The notes under the pieces were generated by a model that saw only the letters and a program-made list of their open reading frames with translations, ran no database searches and was not told the DNA's origin. The position numbers were made by a program, and so were the translations under genes. A stretch of 63,768 nt of DNA, filler included, from Saprolegnia diclina VS20 (lineage: Eukaryota): assembly GCF_000281045.1 (NCBI RefSeq). It is 8 parts of 4 records of this genome, joined end to end, with 100 filler letters (N's around TTAATTAATTAA, not from the genome) between each part and the next. Parts side by side here need not be neighbours in the genome. Positions count along the whole stretch, not along the records: positions 61,546 to 62,587 come from NW_008246209.1; positions 62,688 to 63,768 come from NW_008246209.1; 6 more parts are not named here. One strand, given 5' to 3'. Shown one piece after another: positions 61,446 through 63,768 of the stretch (within the stretch, counting starts at the first letter, position 1; every line of letters begins with the position of its first letter).

Positions 61446-61545
61446 NNNNNNNNNNNNNNNNNNNNNNNNNNNNNNNNNNNNNNNNNNNNTTAATTAATTA
61501 ANNNNNNNNNNNNNNNNNNNNNNNNNNNNNNNNNNNNNNNNNNNN

Positions 61546-61605
61546 GAGGACGTGCGGCAGGCCAAGCACGGTCGCGGCCTCGGGACAGGCGCGCTTGGTC
61601 GGCAT
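61546..61605 (-). CDS. 5' end of a hypothetical gene, paralogous to 62346
   Basis: MPTKRACPEAATVLGLPHVL vs MSKRASPETATMLDLPHPL. Confidence 0.5.
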
Positions 61606-62345
61606 GATGCTTGGCTTTGAAATGTTAAGCGAGTGGTCGAAAATGAAGGAATTTAGACCAATCAAGGATCGATAGGCTGCCATGATGACGCAAACGCTCG
61701 ATGGTGCGCACTCACGCACACTGGAATGCTAGACTGTTGTCACGTCCGGAGCTGTTGTTCGGAGCCCGCCAGATACATGCCGCTCTCTCGGACACCGTTC
61801 GCCATACTTGGCTTCTCGCAGTGGCTTAAGAACTTAGGAACATTACAAACGTCATCGCGAAGCGACTCCAAGTTCACAACCCCACAACAACAACTGTCGT
61901 GGGGTGGTAAAGGGAAGTACCATGTGATTCTCCAAATATCGCGATCGTCAAATGGATCGTCAATAAAGTTGCAGCAGTTCAGAATTAGACTGACGCAGCG
62001 ACCGTCGCAAGTGACGTGAGAGTCTCTAGCGTGATGGAGCAGCAGCGCGCTTGGAACCTATGGTACAAGTTGCCAAAGCAACAGAGCGGAATTTCCGTAG
62101 GGCGCTTCGACAGCTCTTTGCGTGGTACTTTGGGACACCTTCGGCTTTCACATTTTGACCAATCAAATGCATATGCGCTACTGATTGGTTGCGCTACCGA
62201 CTTGTGTCAATCTGATTGGCCACGACTCCGACGGTTCCCAAACTGACGATCGCCATCATTGATCGCGATCGTCAAATGCATCGCCAAAGTAACTTGCAGC
62301 AGTTGAGAATTAACGTTAGGCCGACGGCGGCCAGAAGCTTTGACA

Positions 62346-62587
62346 ATGACCATGTCCAAGCGCGCGTCTCCCGAGACCGCGACGATGCTCGACCTCCCGC
62401 ACCCTCTCATCTTGATCGTCCAGTGCCTCCAGTCGCCCCACGACGCCAGCGCCTTTCTGTCGGCGCTGCCACCGGCGTCGCTGGACACACCACTGGCTGC
62501 AACCAAGACGCTATTGACGCGACCAGGCCCACTGGTGCACACGTGGCCTACGCTTGTTTTGGACGGCGCTACCTTGGACGCCGACGA
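62346..62587 (+). CDS. 5' end of a lineage-expanded hypothetical gene (F-box-like N-terminus possible)
   Basis: MTMSKRASPETATMLDLPHPLILIVQCLQSPHDASAFLSALP...WPTL; runs into a gap. Confidence 0.6.
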
Positions 62588-63000
62588 NNNNNNNNNNNNN
62601 NNNNNNNNNNNNNNNNNNNNNNNNNNNNNNNTTAATTAATTAANNNNNNNNNNNNNNNNNNNNNNNNNNNNNNNNNNNNNNNNNNNNCGTGCATCCGACT
62701 CCGACTGTCAGAGAGCTGCTGCATGCGTTGATAAGACGTTCGCGGGGTGATGAATAGACGTTTCAGGACAACTTAGCCTGATGAGCGATCACGCCTACTT
62801 CGCGGATGAGCAACCTACATCGTGTCGACTCGTGCGCTCGTCCATTCAAGCCACTCTACCATTCGCAACGCAGAAGATGTCCGGGCCAGGGCTGCGTCCA
62901 GGCTGTGTTTCACAGCGCGAAAAGCGCTGTTTTTGCAGGTTGTTGGTTTTCGTTGTTGTCTCTTGCACACCCCCTCGAGTGTAACCGATTGATGTCCTTT

Positions 63001-63072
63001 TGGGGTGTACGCTGCACCAAAAGATGGGGTGTACGCTGCACCAAAAGATGGGGTGTACGCTGCACCAAAAGA
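63001..63072. repeat. Perfect 3 x 24-bp tandem repeat
   Basis: TGGGGTGTACGCTGCACCAAAAGA x3, no spacers. Confidence 0.95.
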
Positions 63073-63494
63073 GTAGTTTGTTCATGAGCTCTCGACCAGG
63101 TACACGCTCTATAAAAGCTGTTGAGCAGTCGAAGGCCGCGAAGACGAGTCATCGTCCAAGCCCAGCGACAAGGCTCAACCCGCCTTTCTCAAGCATGTCG
63201 TGCAAGCAGTTACACAACTCCTAGTCACGCACCGCCATCGCCTCGTATGCAAGTAAGTTCGCTGTACGTAGTGCCCTTGTGACATAAGAGACGTCACAAC
63301 GCGGCCGGTACGAGCCAGCTACGATAGTCGATACTCTTGAACGCCGTATGTGGTCTCTCTTGTGGCCGTAAGCCTGCAGTCGCTCGACATAGATATGCTT
63401 TTTGAGAGGTCACATCGGTTTCAGTTGCGACACCACAAGGAGGCTGTTGGCAACTTGTTGCCATTTTCGAATTCTCTAGCAAGCCTACACTAGT

Positions 63495-63768
63495 ATGTCC
63501 ATCGCATCCAACACCTCGGAACCGCCCCGGGCGCGTCTCAGCTCAGCCAAGGCTACTCTCTGGACGAAGCCCGTGCTGATGCTCCTCGGGCTCATCTACC
63601 TCGTCACCTCGCTTGGGATCGGTCTCTGGTACCTGACGCACCTCTCGCCAAGCTTGGCCAACGATCTGTGGTGGGCCGGCTTTACTGCAACCGGCGGCGA
63701 AGCGTTCCTCATCGACCTTGTCAACGCCCAATTGGGACTCACCGCGACGTCGGCCCTCAGTATCTACG
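63495..63768 (+). CDS. 5' end of a third giant multi-TM family gene (absent from the ORF track because it runs off the window)
   Basis: MSIASNTSEPP...LMLLGLIYLVTSLGIGLWYLTHLSPSLANDLWWAGFTATGGEAFLIDLVNAQL aligns to ENDLIW/ANDFYW...GGHTFLANLFNTQL. Confidence 0.78.
   Translation, partial: MSIASNTSEPPRARLSSAKATLWTKPVLMLLGLIYLVTSLGIGLWYLTHLSPSLANDLWWAGFTATGGEAFLIDLVNAQLGLTATSALSIY

Noticed and set aside
15689..62643. Recurring TTAATTAATTAA as a biological motif
   Set aside because: Always centred in exactly 100-bp N gaps; it is an assembly linker. Linkage across it (e.g. ABCB next to the cassette) was not used as evidence.
63001..63072. CRISPR-like palindromic repeats
   Set aside because: No spacers, no cas genes, eukaryotic context.

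Overview
Eukaryotic, intron-containing, GC-rich DNA typical of an oomycete (Saprolegniales-like gene families, oomycete INR/FPR-type core promoters). It is a gappy draft in which seven 100-bp N-runs contain an artificial TTAATTAATTAA linker, so adjacency across those joins is unproven. 1-15.6 kb: decayed transposon DNA organised as an ~8.3-kb direct duplication with Helitron-type PIF1 helicase remnants, LINE remnants and a clean PIF/Harbinger-type MITE. 16-35 kb: ordinary genes (receptor-like TKL kinase, NEK kinase, APC transporter, atypical Hsp70 with a C-terminal membrane anchor, POC1, a giant multi-TM protein, a CaaX-tailed PH protein). 35-57 kb: an amplified cassette made of an uncharacterised protein with 2OG-Fe(II)-dioxygenase-like motifs, a tRNA-Val with a GAC anticodon, an orphan 'MGIK(I/L)RNDT' gene and a PLAC8 gene, plus a partial ABCB transporter and an L1-like remnant. 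57-64 kb: a head-to-head pair of secreted AA15-type LPMO-CBM1 genes and starts of other lineage-expanded genes. All calls come from reading the sequence; no database searches were run.
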